From a virus, in IMG/VR virus record IMGVR_UViG_3300048838_000628, positions 1-64,000 of that record: a stretch of DNA of 64,000 nt, one strand, 5' to 3'. Positions 8,349 to 18,302 of this stretch are shown in pieces. A program made the translations under genes and the position numbers. Under the pieces are notes generated by a model. The model was not told where the DNA came from. It made no database searches and was given only the letters and a program-made list of their open reading frames with translations. How positions within the stretch are numbered: position 1 is the stretch's first letter; each line of letters opens with the position of its first letter.

Positions 8349-9800
8349 ATGCCTACTATGACACAAACTATTGCAACGGTTTCTTCGCCTATGTTTACTA
8401 GCGTTTGTAAAGTTAAAGGCAATAAGATTGTACCAAGTAAACCAATTACTCATACTTTTGAAATCAACGGAGTAGAAACAGAAAAAACATATACTGATTT
8501 TGACTTTAACCCTTCACGCCTTGATACAGACGGCCAACCGCTAGTTGAAGGCGAATCATATGTAATGTCATTTACGTTTAAAAATATTGGCAGCGCTGTT
8601 ATTCACAGCGCAATGAAGCATATCCCTAGCCGTAAAAGCTATGTCATTTCGACTGTGCCTGCAACAACGCAGGAAGTTAATAAGATGCATGGTAGCCTAT
8701 CAGAATATTATGACGAACATAAAGTAAAGCACGATAGCACAAAGCTTTATGACGAACTTTCTGGTTATGTTCGTAAAAATGTTCTTGTTTGGCACGGTGA
8801 TGACTTTTCGTGCATTGATTTGACTAATCGCATGGGTAAAGGCGTTTTGTCTAACATCAAAGAAGATATTACACTTGCCGATTATAATCAACTAAAGTCT
8901 GTTGACATTGTTGTTAAGCAAGAAGAACAGACTGAGGCTGGCGGATATTTCTTCAGCGATAAAGAAAAGAAAATTTTGAAGTATATCTCTTATAACGAAG
9001 AAATTCGTAGTGAAACTCCTGATGCAGATGGTCAAATTATCCGTGTAAGATTCACAGGCCCTACTGGTAGCGGCAAGTCTGCATTTGCTGAAGCGTTGGC
9101 AAAGTGGCTTGGTTGGAATTATCATAAAGTTGACATGGAAACGCTTGTTGAAGCAACTGATATTTATGGTCTTAAAGAATTGGTCAATGGCGAAACTGTA
9201 TTTGAGTGGTCAGATTTCACTAAGGCTATTCAGTCAGATGACAATTGGGTAATTCTACTTGACGAAACTACACGAGCTGGTCGTGAAGTAATTAACGGCG
9301 TTCTTGGTTTGCTTGACGGCTCACAGACTGTTCGTGTTCAAGATCAGTTGATCAAGGTTAACACTCGTGGCACTAAGATTATTATTGCCAGTGAGAATAT
9401 TGGTCGTGAATATGGCGGTCTTAAGACGATTGATAAGGCGTTTTCTAATCGTTTTGAGTTCGTTATTGACAAAACTTATTCACCGGAAGTTGAAAAGGCA
9501 TTGTTGTTTAACGCAATTAAAGAAATTGGTCACCCTAAATTTAACAACAATGTTATGAGCAAGATGCAGAAGGCAATTAGTGAAATTCGTGCAAGAGGTG
9601 CCGAGATTGGCGTTAACGACGGTAGTATTTTCTCAACACGTACTCTCGTTAATATCATTAAACACCTTAAGACTTGGGCGCATACCGAAGAAAGCGTAAA
9701 CGAAGCGGTTATGCTAGCTTTTGATTTTGCTTATATCGCTGCACTTGATGCCACACTTGCTAAGGCTTGTGAAGATATTCTTCGTTCACATTTCAATTAA
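8349..9800 (+). CDS. MoxR/CbbQ/CobS-type AAA+ ATPase
   Basis: Walker A GPTGSGKS, Walker B ILLDE, sensor ASEN, and AFSNRF; long N-terminal extension. Confidence 0.85.
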   Translation: MPTMTQTIATVSSPMFTSVCKVKGNKIVPSKPITHTFEINGVETEKTYTDFDFNPSRLDTDGQPLVEGESYVMSFTFKNIGSAVIHSAMKHIPSRKSYVISTVPATTQEVNKMHGSLSEYYDEHKVKHDSTKLYDELSGYVRKNVLVWHGDDFSCIDLTNRMGKGVLSNIKEDITLADYNQLKSVDIVVKQEEQTEAGGYFFSDKEKKILKYISYNEEIRSETPDADGQIIRVRFTGPTGSGKSAFAEALAKWLGWNYHKVDMETLVEATDIYGLKELVNGETVFEWSDFTKAIQSDDNWVILLDETTRAGREVINGVLGLLDGSQTVRVQDQLIKVNTRGTKIIIASENIGREYGGLKTIDKAFSNRFEFVIDKTYSPEVEKALLFNAIKEIGHPKFNNNVMSKMQKAISEIRARGAEIGVNDGSIFSTRTLVNIIKHLKTWAHTEESVNEAVMLAFDFAYIAALDATLAKACEDILRSHFN

Positions 9801-9809
9801 GGAACAACA

Positions 9810-11849
9810 ATGACAGATATACTTGAAATCATTGGCCGGTCGGTTGGTGCTAAAGATGTTAACGATTTCTATGTTAACAACCTGCTAAATTATCGTTACG
9901 GTACAAGACGATATGGTTGGGGGGATAATGGCACACCGACTAATTTTCGTGAACTAAGAACTTATATCAGAGATAGCGGTTTTCGTTATGCCCATGGTTT
10001 ACATAAGCCGCTGCACGTATCTTTCCGTAGCGATGTTGATACTGCCTGTATCATGTATAAACAAAAAGAGGATGCGTTTGAGATTCAAATTGGAACAGTA
10101 TTTCTTACACCAGAATTTTATCAAGAATGCGCTAAAGCAGCTGGTCTACCATACATAGAAAGCAATGCAATTATTGTTGCGCTTGCTATTGTTAACTACA
10201 TGGTATATCATGAGACTTTGCATCAGCGTTATACTGACCTAAGCTCAATGATTAATTTTGGCAAATTTATTATTGATATGACAGATCGCAAATATCATAA
10301 TGAGCTGTTTCAGCAAATTCTCAACTATCTTGAAGATTTGTTTATTGAGCATCGTGTCTTGAAAGTTGAGCGCGAATGGTTATCGGGTCTGATTGGTGAT
10401 TGGCAAAAGTTCTTTTTTAGTCTTGAATCGCTAGAACTTCAAGAAGATGAACAATTCACCGTTCAGAAATACATGGAGTATGCTCGTGGCTGGTTTGGTG
10501 TAAATAAGCCGCAACTTTTGGGCAATACGCCAGAGCCAGCCATGGCAGTTATTGATTATATCCAAAACCATACGCATCTTTTTACTGACACATTTGATCG
10601 CGTTTATATGGCAATGGATATTTATGATTTCTTTGAGGAATCAGAAGAACCGAATATCCAACAGCAGATGCAACAAGCTGCTGAAAGTATTGATGATTAT
10701 GAGAAAGGCGTAGAACAATCGTCACGAGAGATTGTAAATGGTGGGAATTCTTCAAATTCTGAAGAACGTAGCGGTATGTCTAAAGAACTTGAAGAACTAG
10801 CTAATCAAATTAAACAGGCTGCTGCAAATGGTGATGAGGCAGCAAAACAAATTATTAATGCTGCGGATAATGTCTTGCGGGAACTTAGAGACATTAAACA
10901 AATGGAGGAAACACGGACGCCTTTTGATTATAGCGGATATACTCCACCGCAATATTATAACGACGGCACTATTAAATACTACGACGTGCTTGAGATTGGC
11001 AAAACTATTGACTTTACTCCGGTAGAAAAAACCAATTGGCTTGATGCGTTTAAAAACGAAATCAAACAGTTTATGGTTAAAGCGCCGGACGAAAAAGTAG
11101 TTAGCCGTCGTGGTCGGCTTGATGCTAGTCGCCTTTATATGCATCGTTTTGCTGGTTCTATTCTGCGTACACAAAAAGTAGAACGTGATGATAAAGGCGA
11201 GCCAAACGTAATTGTTCTTATGGACGTTTCTGGTTCTACTAGCGGACGTGCCGTTAATGCCGACGGTAATTGGCGAGACGATGAGGCCACAATTTTTAAC
11301 TTTATCACGACTGGCGGATATTTTATTCACAAGTCGCTCTCAAGCGTTGGTATTTCACACAGCATTTACGCCCATACAGTTGGTCGTGGTGCTGGTGCTG
11401 AAATTATCGGCGTAGCGGCTTTTGAAAATGTTCTCAATCCAGTTAGTAAAAAGATTGTGACGACTCCAACTTCTAGTGCGGAGGTTCGCTTTTCTTATCT
11501 AAATGCCGTATATATGGGCGGCAATGCTGATGGTGCAGCTTTGGATTTTGTTACAGAAGCCGCTATTGACAAATCCAAGGAAAACCTTATAATTGTAGTT
11601 AGTGATGGCGCTCCAACCGAAACTGTTGGAAAAACTAAAATGTCTCCAGAAGAACATCTGGTGAGTATTATCAACAAACTTCGGACAGACGGCCATTACG
11701 TAGTTGCCATGACAGTAGTCAATAACAAGGAGGTTATTCAAGCAAACGATAGGATTTATGGTGCTGCAAATAATATTGTGGCATATGATAACAGAACTTT
11801 TATTCAAAGTGTTCGTAGGGTGATTGATAATCTGCTGGATAACAAGTAA
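9810..11849 (+). CDS. VWA-domain partner (CobT-like) with N-terminal HExxH domain
   Basis: HETLH and EDLFIE; MIDAS DVSGS and VSDGAP; GRLD motif. Confidence 0.85.
   Translation: MTDILEIIGRSVGAKDVNDFYVNNLLNYRYGTRRYGWGDNGTPTNFRELRTYIRDSGFRYAHGLHKPLHVSFRSDVDTACIMYKQKEDAFEIQIGTVFLTPEFYQECAKAAGLPYIESNAIIVALAIVNYMVYHETLHQRYTDLSSMINFGKFIIDMTDRKYHNELFQQILNYLEDLFIEHRVLKVEREWLSGLIGDWQKFFFSLESLELQEDEQFTVQKYMEYARGWFGVNKPQLLGNTPEPAMAVIDYIQNHTHLFTDTFDRVYMAMDIYDFFEESEEPNIQQQMQQAAESIDDYEKGVEQSSREIVNGGNSSNSEERSGMSKELEELANQIKQAAANGDEAAKQIINAADNVLRELRDIKQMEETRTPFDYSGYTPPQYYNDGTIKYYDVLEIGKTIDFTPVEKTNWLDAFKNEIKQFMVKAPDEKVVSRRGRLDASRLYMHRFAGSILRTQKVERDDKGEPNVIVLMDVSGSTSGRAVNADGNWRDDEATIFNFITTGGYFIHKSLSSVGISHSIYAHTVGRGAGAEIIGVAAFENVLNPVSKKIVTTPTSSAEVRFSYLNAVYMGGNADGAALDFVTEAAIDKSKENLIIVVSDGAPTETVGKTKMSPEEHLVSIINKLRTDGHYVVAMTVVNNKEVIQANDRIYGAANNIVAYDNRTFIQSVRRVIDNLLDNK
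11566..11593 (+). promoter_or_regulatory. Sigma70-type promoter (intragenic)
   Basis: TTGACA-16-TATAAT. Confidence 0.6.
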
Positions 11850-11860
11850 AGGTATATGAA

Positions 11861-12190
11861 ATGATTACACAGGAAGCTGTTCAAGAATTTAAGCGGCTAC
11901 ATGAAACCTTCTCTCTTATTGATGACGCTGTATTTGTTATTAATATGGGATATGGCAAAGCAAAAGACGGTGGTAAGTATCGCCGTATTTTTTATTGGTT
12001 TGGTCGCTATAGTCCTTCACGGGATTATGAAAATATCGACGGATTGAATTTTGATATTAAGTTGAAGATGGAGTACAAGATTGATGTAGAGAACGGTGTT
12101 CTATATTGCTATTATAAGGATAAGAAATACAAGATGTTACCTTCGGCACACAGTTTTTCACGTTCAAAACTTTATAAGGAGACAGAATAA
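11861..12190 (+). CDS. Hypothetical protein
   Basis: RBS AAGGT; coupled to the next gene. Confidence 0.6.
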   Translation: MITQEAVQEFKRLHETFSLIDDAVFVINMGYGKAKDGGKYRRIFYWFGRYSPSRDYENIDGLNFDIKLKMEYKIDVENGVLYCYYKDKKYKMLPSAHSFSRSKLYKETE

Positions 12191-13038
12191 TGGGTAGCGG
12201 TATTGTTCGTTCGGTTAAATCAACACAGCAGCAGAAGTCTGATCTAAATTATATTAGTCTTAAAGATGACGGCCAAGTTGCTTATTGGACTCCGCTTAGC
12301 AATAATTTTGATCCGCTTTCACCTAGCAATAGCTTTGTTATTTGCTACAATATGATTTTCGTGAAGGTATCACGAGCGCATATTGCAAAGTATGGCAATC
12401 ATGCAGATGGCCGTACACCTTCTGAATGGCTCAGTATTCCGCAGATTGTTCCTGTAAAGGGAACCGTATCACCTTATGAGTGGTTTATCAATAACCGTCA
12501 TAATAGCGATTTTGAAACATTCATCTCTAATTCAGCACAGGGCAACAAACCTTATTCTATCGGCAATGATAAACAAGAATATCGCATGGTTGTTCTGTCA
12601 GACGGCAATACTTATAAAGTTGGTCAGCGCGATACTAAGCCAACTGAATTGGTTTATGACAAGGTTAGTATCCTTTCCATGGGCACTAAGACGTGGGAAA
12701 ATTATATGAGCGTTGTAGAACAGCACTCACAGCTTAGTGACGAGCCTAATCCTGATTATGTTGGCCGCTTGCACAGTATTGCTCGTGAAGGCGCTAAGGG
12801 TAGCCCGCGTACTACTTACTCGGTTAATATCCTACCACCTATCCTGAAGAATTATGATGTGAGCGTTCTGCCGGAAGATTTTAATATTGCCGATACTATT
12901 CGTGGTGGCAGTATTGAATCACAGCTTTACATTATGCGGGACTATGGCGTTGAAAAGTGGGCTGAAGATAGCGGTATTGATTGTCCGCTTGATTTCTCTC
13001 TGATTGAAAAGAAGTCTAGCGACGATGTTCCTTTCTAA
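12190..13038 (+). CDS. Probable single-stranded DNA-binding protein (gp32-like)
   Basis: Acidic C-terminal tail DDVPF; followed by a terminator. Confidence 0.65.
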   Translation: MGSGIVRSVKSTQQQKSDLNYISLKDDGQVAYWTPLSNNFDPLSPSNSFVICYNMIFVKVSRAHIAKYGNHADGRTPSEWLSIPQIVPVKGTVSPYEWFINNRHNSDFETFISNSAQGNKPYSIGNDKQEYRMVVLSDGNTYKVGQRDTKPTELVYDKVSILSMGTKTWENYMSVVEQHSQLSDEPNPDYVGRLHSIAREGAKGSPRTTYSVNILPPILKNYDVSVLPEDFNIADTIRGGSIESQLYIMRDYGVEKWAEDSGIDCPLDFSLIEKKSSDDVPF

Positions 13039-13054
13039 ATAACGTACTAATATT

Positions 13055-13083
13055 GGGGCAGGCAACTGCCCCTCTTTTATTTT
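13055..13083 (+). terminator. Rho-independent terminator
   Basis: GGGGCAG-GCAA-CTGCCCC followed by a T-rich tail. Confidence 0.85.
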
Positions 13084-13093
13084 CGGAGGAAAT

Positions 13094-13462
13094 ATGAGCA
13101 GCAGTTTTACAGAGCTTGATCTTTACAGCTATAAAAGATGGCGCATGACATATTATATCAAGCAAACAGAGATCGATCTATTAACTGGCACAGTTATTAT
13201 TCATTGTGTAGTTTATCAAGACGACGATCAAAAAGAACGTTTTGTTAAATTAGAAATCAAGCACAGAAAAGAAGGATTAGTATATACGTTTGTAGATCAT
13301 TTAACTACATATGCACCATTGCTCAGGGCTTATCTAAATAGCAGTAATATAGTTAGGGTGTTATATGAAATACACGATTATATTATAGATCACCAAAACG
13401 ATATAAGCGCTGATCGTTTTAAGCGTTATGATGATTTCTTAAAGAGAATGATCTATGAATGA
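13094..13462 (+). CDS. Paralog array A member
   Basis: RBS GGAGG; ends RYDDFLKRMIYE. Confidence 0.7.
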   Translation: MSSSFTELDLYSYKRWRMTYYIKQTEIDLLTGTVIIHCVVYQDDDQKERFVKLEIKHRKEGLVYTFVDHLTTYAPLLRAYLNSSNIVRVLYEIHDYIIDHQNDISADRFKRYDDFLKRMIYE

Positions 13463-13853
13463 ATATGATGTTCTGTTATATGAATCCGGTGCTAATTGCT
13501 TTATAATCAATATTGAGATTGTTACTTTACAAGAAGGCACTATTATTTTTGATGGTCGCATGGAGGACATATTAGATACTTGGAATGTTAACATTTGTTT
13601 GTCACATGAAAAAGATTCTAAAAAATTTACTGTTAGTCTCGTCTATGTACAAAACGATGAAAGACTTTACAAAGATTTTCTTGGTTATAAAAAAGGTTTT
13701 TGTAAAACTATTATGGACGACCGCGACTTTCTTCTTACTTTGCCTTTACTATTTAAATCTTATTTAGATAAAATGGCAGCAGAAGAATATAGTGACTACC
13801 CAACTTATTATGATGAAAGATATGAATTTTTACATAACTTAATCTATGGGTGA
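13455..13853 (+). CDS. Paralog array A member
   Basis: Ends YYDERYEFLHNLIYG. Confidence 0.7.
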   Translation: MNEYDVLLYESGANCFIINIEIVTLQEGTIIFDGRMEDILDTWNVNICLSHEKDSKKFTVSLVYVQNDERLYKDFLGYKKGFCKTIMDDRDFLLTLPLLFKSYLDKMAAEEYSDYPTYYDERYEFLHNLIYG

Positions 13854-14238
13854 CACAATGGGACAATATAAAATATATCAATATCTCGGTGTTAGCATAA
13901 GTTTAAATTTAGCACATACATATTTAGAAAACAACGAGAATGAATTTCACATATCATGTATTGTTGTGGCTGATACAGAGAAGTTTTATACTGTTGAGCT
14001 GATTATTAGAAGGCACACAGACGCAATTGAAATAACTTTTGGCGAAGCAGAACTATCTCCTAGTCATTTGTTTATATGCGAAAGCGTGTTGAACAAATAT
14101 TTGACATCAATGGATTTGTCAACTCTAGTCTTGAAGATCAAAAATTTCTTCGATGAAGAATCGCAATTTGACTATTATGAATACGAACACTACTATCAGC
14201 CTAGATATGAATTTCTAAATAAAATACTCCATGGATAA
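13846..14238 (+). CDS. Paralog array A member
   Basis: Ends YYQPRYEFLNKILHG. Confidence 0.7.
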   Translation: MGDTMGQYKIYQYLGVSISLNLAHTYLENNENEFHISCIVVADTEKFYTVELIIRRHTDAIEITFGEAELSPSHLFICESVLNKYLTSMDLSTLVLKIKNFFDEESQFDYYEYEHYYQPRYEFLNKILHG

Positions 14239-14241
14239 GTT

Positions 14242-14577
14242 ATGAGACACAACATATTAGTTGCTAACGCTAAACAACTCTATCTATATGATGACGAAAT
14301 AGAATGTACAATGCGTAAATACATATGTGCTACATTATACATTGACGGTCTTTCTAAAGTCACTATAAGCTATCGCTATAGAGACAAAGAACATCTTGAA
14401 ATAAAATACGATTTTACTGATAATTGTGGGTCATATTATAAAGACGTTATTGATGTAGTTCAAATAGATGTTGTGGCAATCGGTATGCTTAAAACAATTT
14501 ATATCGAACTAAGAAAACATTTTATAAGAGCCGATGTGCAATCAACTATAGAGAGAATGTTATATGAAAAAGTTTAA
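14242..14577 (+). CDS. Paralog array A member
   Basis: Ends IERMLYEKV. Confidence 0.65.
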   Translation: MRHNILVANAKQLYLYDDEIECTMRKYICATLYIDGLSKVTISYRYRDKEHLEIKYDFTDNCGSYYKDVIDVVQIDVVAIGMLKTIYIELRKHFIRADVQSTIERMLYEKV

Positions 14578-14941
14578 TAATTATGAACTCTATAAAAAAG
14601 AAAACCACCGTATAGCCTTACATCTACATAGAGCAAGTTTGCACTCAGGTCATCATATAGTTATCCCAACAACAGTTTATATTAATGATGTCGGATTTAT
14701 AGTTTATTTATTCTTATATTTCAAAGCCAATATTATAAGATTCTCTTTTGAGAATACAGATAAAACGGTTGAAGAATATTTTTATCTTTTTCAGGATTTT
14801 CTTGACGAAATAATGCAAGATAAAAACTTATTATTTGAGGTTATTAAAGCCCTGAAAGAATATAAAGAACACAAAACTTTTGAACCAAAAATATCACCAG
14901 ACATTTCTAAATTTTTTGATATTTGGCTATATGCTGGATAA
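14564..14941 (+). CDS. Paralog array A member
   Basis: Ends KFFDIWLYAG. Confidence 0.65.
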   Translation: MKKFNNYELYKKENHRIALHLHRASLHSGHHIVIPTTVYINDVGFIVYLFLYFKANIIRFSFENTDKTVEEYFYLFQDFLDEIMQDKNLLFEVIKALKEYKEHKTFEPKISPDISKFFDIWLYAG

Positions 14942-15344
14942 CATCATGCAAACTTATTATACAGTGTGTAAACATCGCGCATTTCATGTTATTATCTATT
15001 ATAAAGACGTGATAGAACGCAAATTTTTTCCTGATTCAAAATATGCAACTTTTATAAGAGTGTTTATAAACAGGTCTATGCCAGAAATAGAGGAGATTAA
15101 TGGAGTTTTAAAAATCATTAAAATAGATCAAAATTCTCTTGTTATTGAAATGGGCGGCTTTGGCTTAACTGGCAGCGATTTCGAACCACCATCTGCTGAA
15201 TTAGTTGCTTATATTCAAAACGAGCTTGATAAATTTATGAATAATAGCGAACGGTTGTTGGAGTTTTTTAAAGAACTATACGCTTATTCTATGTTGTTTA
15301 ACAATCGTGAATTAGCTAGAGATTTGGAGGCGCTACTATATTAG
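14931..15344 (+). CDS. Paralog array A member
   Basis: Coupled start MLDNIMQ; ends DLEALLY. Confidence 0.65.
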   Translation: MLDNIMQTYYTVCKHRAFHVIIYYKDVIERKFFPDSKYATFIRVFINRSMPEIEEINGVLKIIKIDQNSLVIEMGGFGLTGSDFEPPSAELVAYIQNELDKFMNNSERLLEFFKELYAYSMLFNNRELARDLEALLY

Positions 15345-15376
15345 CTCAAGATCAATTTTATGACATTATAGACAAC

Positions 15377-15718
15377 GTGTATATCCATTCCTATGCTGAT
15401 TTTAGTAGTATATGCGCATATGAATATGATAAAAGTCTTAATTTTTTTATACGGGTTAGAACCACCAGAGGCAATGAGTCAATATTAATAAGCATCAGGT
15501 TTAATCATGGGGAGATTTTATACGACATACATTCTGACGATAATGTTTTAATAGGGTTCTTGATCGATCTTTTATCAACAGACAACAACGCTTTTGATTT
15601 AGTACGTAGCGCTTGTGATTATGCGCTTGGTAGGCCAGATATTCCTTATGCCGTTGAATTAGCCAATTTAATCTTATATGGAGAGAACAATGAAACTGAT
15701 ACAAAAGAAGCAAAATAA
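15377..15718 (+). CDS. Paralog array A member (possible ATA start at 15338)
   Basis: Contains ELANLILYG near its end. Confidence 0.6.
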   Translation: MYIHSYADFSSICAYEYDKSLNFFIRVRTTRGNESILISIRFNHGEILYDIHSDDNVLIGFLIDLLSTDNNAFDLVRSACDYALGRPDIPYAVELANLILYGENNETDTKEAK

Positions 15719-16139
15719 AACTGCTCGTTATTATTTTGATGTTGAAGAAGACGATGGTATTGTAAACAGCTATTGGATAAACAAAGATGTTCGTGTATAC
15801 GATACAGGGCATGATACAGTTAAAATTTCAACAGGGATTTATACTATTCTACCAGATAATAAACGAGCAAATATTTGGTTTATGTCTTTAGTGCTTGAAA
15901 TTAACCATGACAAGATTGATGTGACTGCTGAATCGTCATGGGACACATACGGTGACAAGATGCGTTTTGCAGAAGGATTTTTGCCATTAGTAACAGACGA
16001 CTTTCTTAGAAAATATTTAATGTCTAAAATTGAGTTTGACAAAAAGCAAGATGTCTATTATGCTAATACGTATAGTAGACTAATTTGGAATTACATCGAG
16101 CCGAAAGAAGAAGAAGATGGCGTGGAGGGTACATCGTAA
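15690..16139 (+). CDS. Hypothetical protein
   Basis: Start MKLIQ after GGAGAG. Confidence 0.65.
   Translation: MKLIQKKQNKTARYYFDVEEDDGIVNSYWINKDVRVYDTGHDTVKISTGIYTILPDNKRANIWFMSLVLEINHDKIDVTAESSWDTYGDKMRFAEGFLPLVTDDFLRKYLMSKIEFDKKQDVYYANTYSRLIWNYIEPKEEEDGVEGTS
16036..16064 (+). promoter_or_regulatory. Sigma70-type promoter (intragenic)
   Basis: TTGACA-17-TATGCT. Confidence 0.55.
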
Positions 16140-16512
16140 AGATAAAAACCAGAATGAGATAGTTTACGTACTTGACAAACTTGGGCTTTCAGTGTACGAT
16201 TTATCTCAAGTGGGCGGCGGTATGGCAGATATTATCGTCGCCTACAACGGTATTAACTTTCTCTTTGAAATCAAAACAGAGAAAGGTAGATTAAACGCAA
16301 CGCAAAAAGAATTTCACAGTAAATGGCAAGGTAGTATAGCTGTTATCAAATCTCCTTATGACGCTATAGCTTGTTTGAAACTATACTTTAACTCTAAGCG
16401 GTTTGATAGATTATCTGACAAGTGGATTGAGAATATACCAAAGCTGCAAGAGGAATATCATGTTACAAAACCCAAACGTCCAGTCAAAAAACGAAAAATT
16501 TCCAAGAGTTGA
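16117..16512 (+). CDS. VRR-NUC-like PD-(D/E)xK nuclease (possible Holliday junction resolvase)
   Basis: RKDKNQNEIV...DLSQVGGGMADIIV...FEIK...LNATQKEFH..W.G. Confidence 0.8.
   Translation: MAWRVHRKDKNQNEIVYVLDKLGLSVYDLSQVGGGMADIIVAYNGINFLFEIKTEKGRLNATQKEFHSKWQGSIAVIKSPYDAIACLKLYFNSKRFDRLSDKWIENIPKLQEEYHVTKPKRPVKKRKISKS
16172..16200 (+). promoter_or_regulatory. Sigma70-type promoter (intragenic)
   Basis: TTGACA-17-TACGAT. Confidence 0.6.
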
Positions 16513-16891
16513 GTGTATTATATCTCATATGTATGTTAGAGCAGAAGCTCAAAATTTTGTATACTTTGCAGCTTACAAGATTATTTTCGAGAAGTTTAGC
16601 TTTGTAATTAAAATTCGCAAACTTGTTCGCACAACCGACGATTTGATCTATGAAGTGAAATTTGCTACTTCCGATAATGACAGCAAACACTTGTTTGGCC
16701 ATAATGCCGGTGAATTTAAAATTGGCGAAACTATTTGTACTTTTGAAACACCTTATATTGATTACGCTAAATTTTATCAACCAACTGATGAAAGCGAATT
16801 TGAGCGCACGGTTCTAAATTGTATATCGGGAGTAGTATTTACTAAGCTCCTTGAACGCATTATCACTAAAGAAGAATTGAGGTATATGTGA
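16460..16891 (+). CDS. Hypothetical protein (array B-related)
   Basis: Start MLQNP after GAGGA. Confidence 0.6.
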   Translation: MLQNPNVQSKNEKFPRVECIISHMYVRAEAQNFVYFAAYKIIFEKFSFVIKIRKLVRTTDDLIYEVKFATSDNDSKHLFGHNAGEFKIGETICTFETPYIDYAKFYQPTDESEFERTVLNCISGVVFTKLLERIITKEELRYM

Positions 16892-17262
16892 ACTCGTTAG
16901 AATATATGGGAATTAAAAAACTAACCGTTGGCAAAATTGCATATAATTTTCATACTTATAAATCAACATCTAATAACATCGGGACTCTATATTTTTTATA
17001 TCTCGAATCTATGAAAAGAGTTTACCTTACTAAATATCTTGCTGAAACAACTCTGAAGCTATTTGATTTTAGTATTGATTTTGAAGAAGCAGAACATAAC
17101 CAAATTAAAATTATATATTCATATGACGAAGGCAGGGTTGGCAAAGAACACAGACTTGAAAATATAGATAGTTATGAATATTGCAAGCGGATTATAGCTA
17201 ATGAGTTAGGCGTTACAATATTCCTGCGTCTTGTAGATGATGGAATTATGCAATGGTTTTAA
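16888..17262 (+). CDS. Paralog array B member
   Basis: LYFLYLESMKRVYLTKY...YSYDEG. Confidence 0.7.
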   Translation: MNSLEYMGIKKLTVGKIAYNFHTYKSTSNNIGTLYFLYLESMKRVYLTKYLAETTLKLFDFSIDFEEAEHNQIKIIYSYDEGRVGKEHRLENIDSYEYCKRIIANELGVTIFLRLVDDGIMQWF

Positions 17263-17624
17263 AATGTGTTGGTGAGAGACAGTTGTTAATTGGTGCTAGT
17301 CCTAAAGAAATAAAATATCTCGTATTTGTATTTAAGACAGACACTACTAGCGAAGTTGATCTTTATTTTTTCTATAAAAAGGAAATGAAAAGATTTTATA
17401 CTACAAAATATATTAATCGTCCAAGAACTTTGTTATATGATTTTATAATAGACGTGAATAAATACGATAATGGCTTAATTGAAGTTGTTTATAAATATAA
17501 CGAGGGGCTTGTTCCGCCTGCTTATATACACACCGCATTTGACCACATATTTTTTGAATCATATATCAACGCTAAAATTGGACTTCGTTTGGTAGATTTA
17601 TTACTACAAGAAAACGCATTATGA
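17253..17624 (+). CDS. Paralog array B member
   Basis: LYFFYKKEMKRFYTTKY...YKYNEG. Confidence 0.7.
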   Translation: MVLKCVGERQLLIGASPKEIKYLVFVFKTDTTSEVDLYFFYKKEMKRFYTTKYINRPRTLLYDFIIDVNKYDNGLIEVVYKYNEGLVPPAYIHTAFDHIFFESYINAKIGLRLVDLLLQENAL

Positions 17625-18004
17625 AATACGATGTACTTATACGTAATGATGTTAACGAAGGTACAGTAAAAACAAAATCGCTTTATATGATTTATGCCGC
17701 GTCTCTTGGTTTTATATTAGAGCTTAAAGAACACGATACAAAAAATTTTCCAATTAATAGAATTGATGGTGTTTGGACACATAAATATTTTGATGCAAGA
17801 TTTGCCCATAATATTTTAAGTTATCATGCGCAGGTAATGGTTAACGCATATTCTAAAATTTATGCAACTGAAAACGGTATTGAGCAATATCTGTTTTGCG
17901 GTGATGAAAGAATAGGCGGCTTAGATAAGTTTGTAATTGAAGCAATTAACACAGAAGAATTTCTACACGTTATAGAAAGAATCATATTCGATGATTACAG
18001 CTAG
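17621..18004 (+). CDS. Hypothetical protein
   Basis: ATGA coupling. Confidence 0.6.
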   Translation: MKYDVLIRNDVNEGTVKTKSLYMIYAASLGFILELKEHDTKNFPINRIDGVWTHKYFDARFAHNILSYHAQVMVNAYSKIYATENGIEQYLFCGDERIGGLDKFVIEAINTEEFLHVIERIIFDDYS

Positions 18005-18302
18005 ATTTATAGTAGATGTTAAGAATAAAAAACAGAAACATATTTATTATTTAGAAAAAATAGCTGACAACGAAAAAGATAATATTTATATCTATGAAGT
18101 TAGACACAACAAAACGTTATTTGGGCACGTATGGGTAGATATGCAAGACCCAGATGAGATAAAAATATACACACAATATACAGAGAGCAAAGAACGCTTT
18201 GCTTATTGTGACTATTTCAAAGAAGCTTTTGGCACATTGACAACCGAAAAGCTTTATGCTATGTTTAGACCAGATATTGTGAAGGGCGGAGATCGTGTCT
18301 GA
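17991..18302 (+). CDS. Hypothetical protein
   Basis: Overlap coupling. Confidence 0.6.
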   Translation: MITARFIVDVKNKKQKHIYYLEKIADNEKDNIYIYEVRHNKTLFGHVWVDMQDPDEIKIYTQYTESKERFAYCDYFKEAFGTLTTEKLYAMFRPDIVKGGDRV

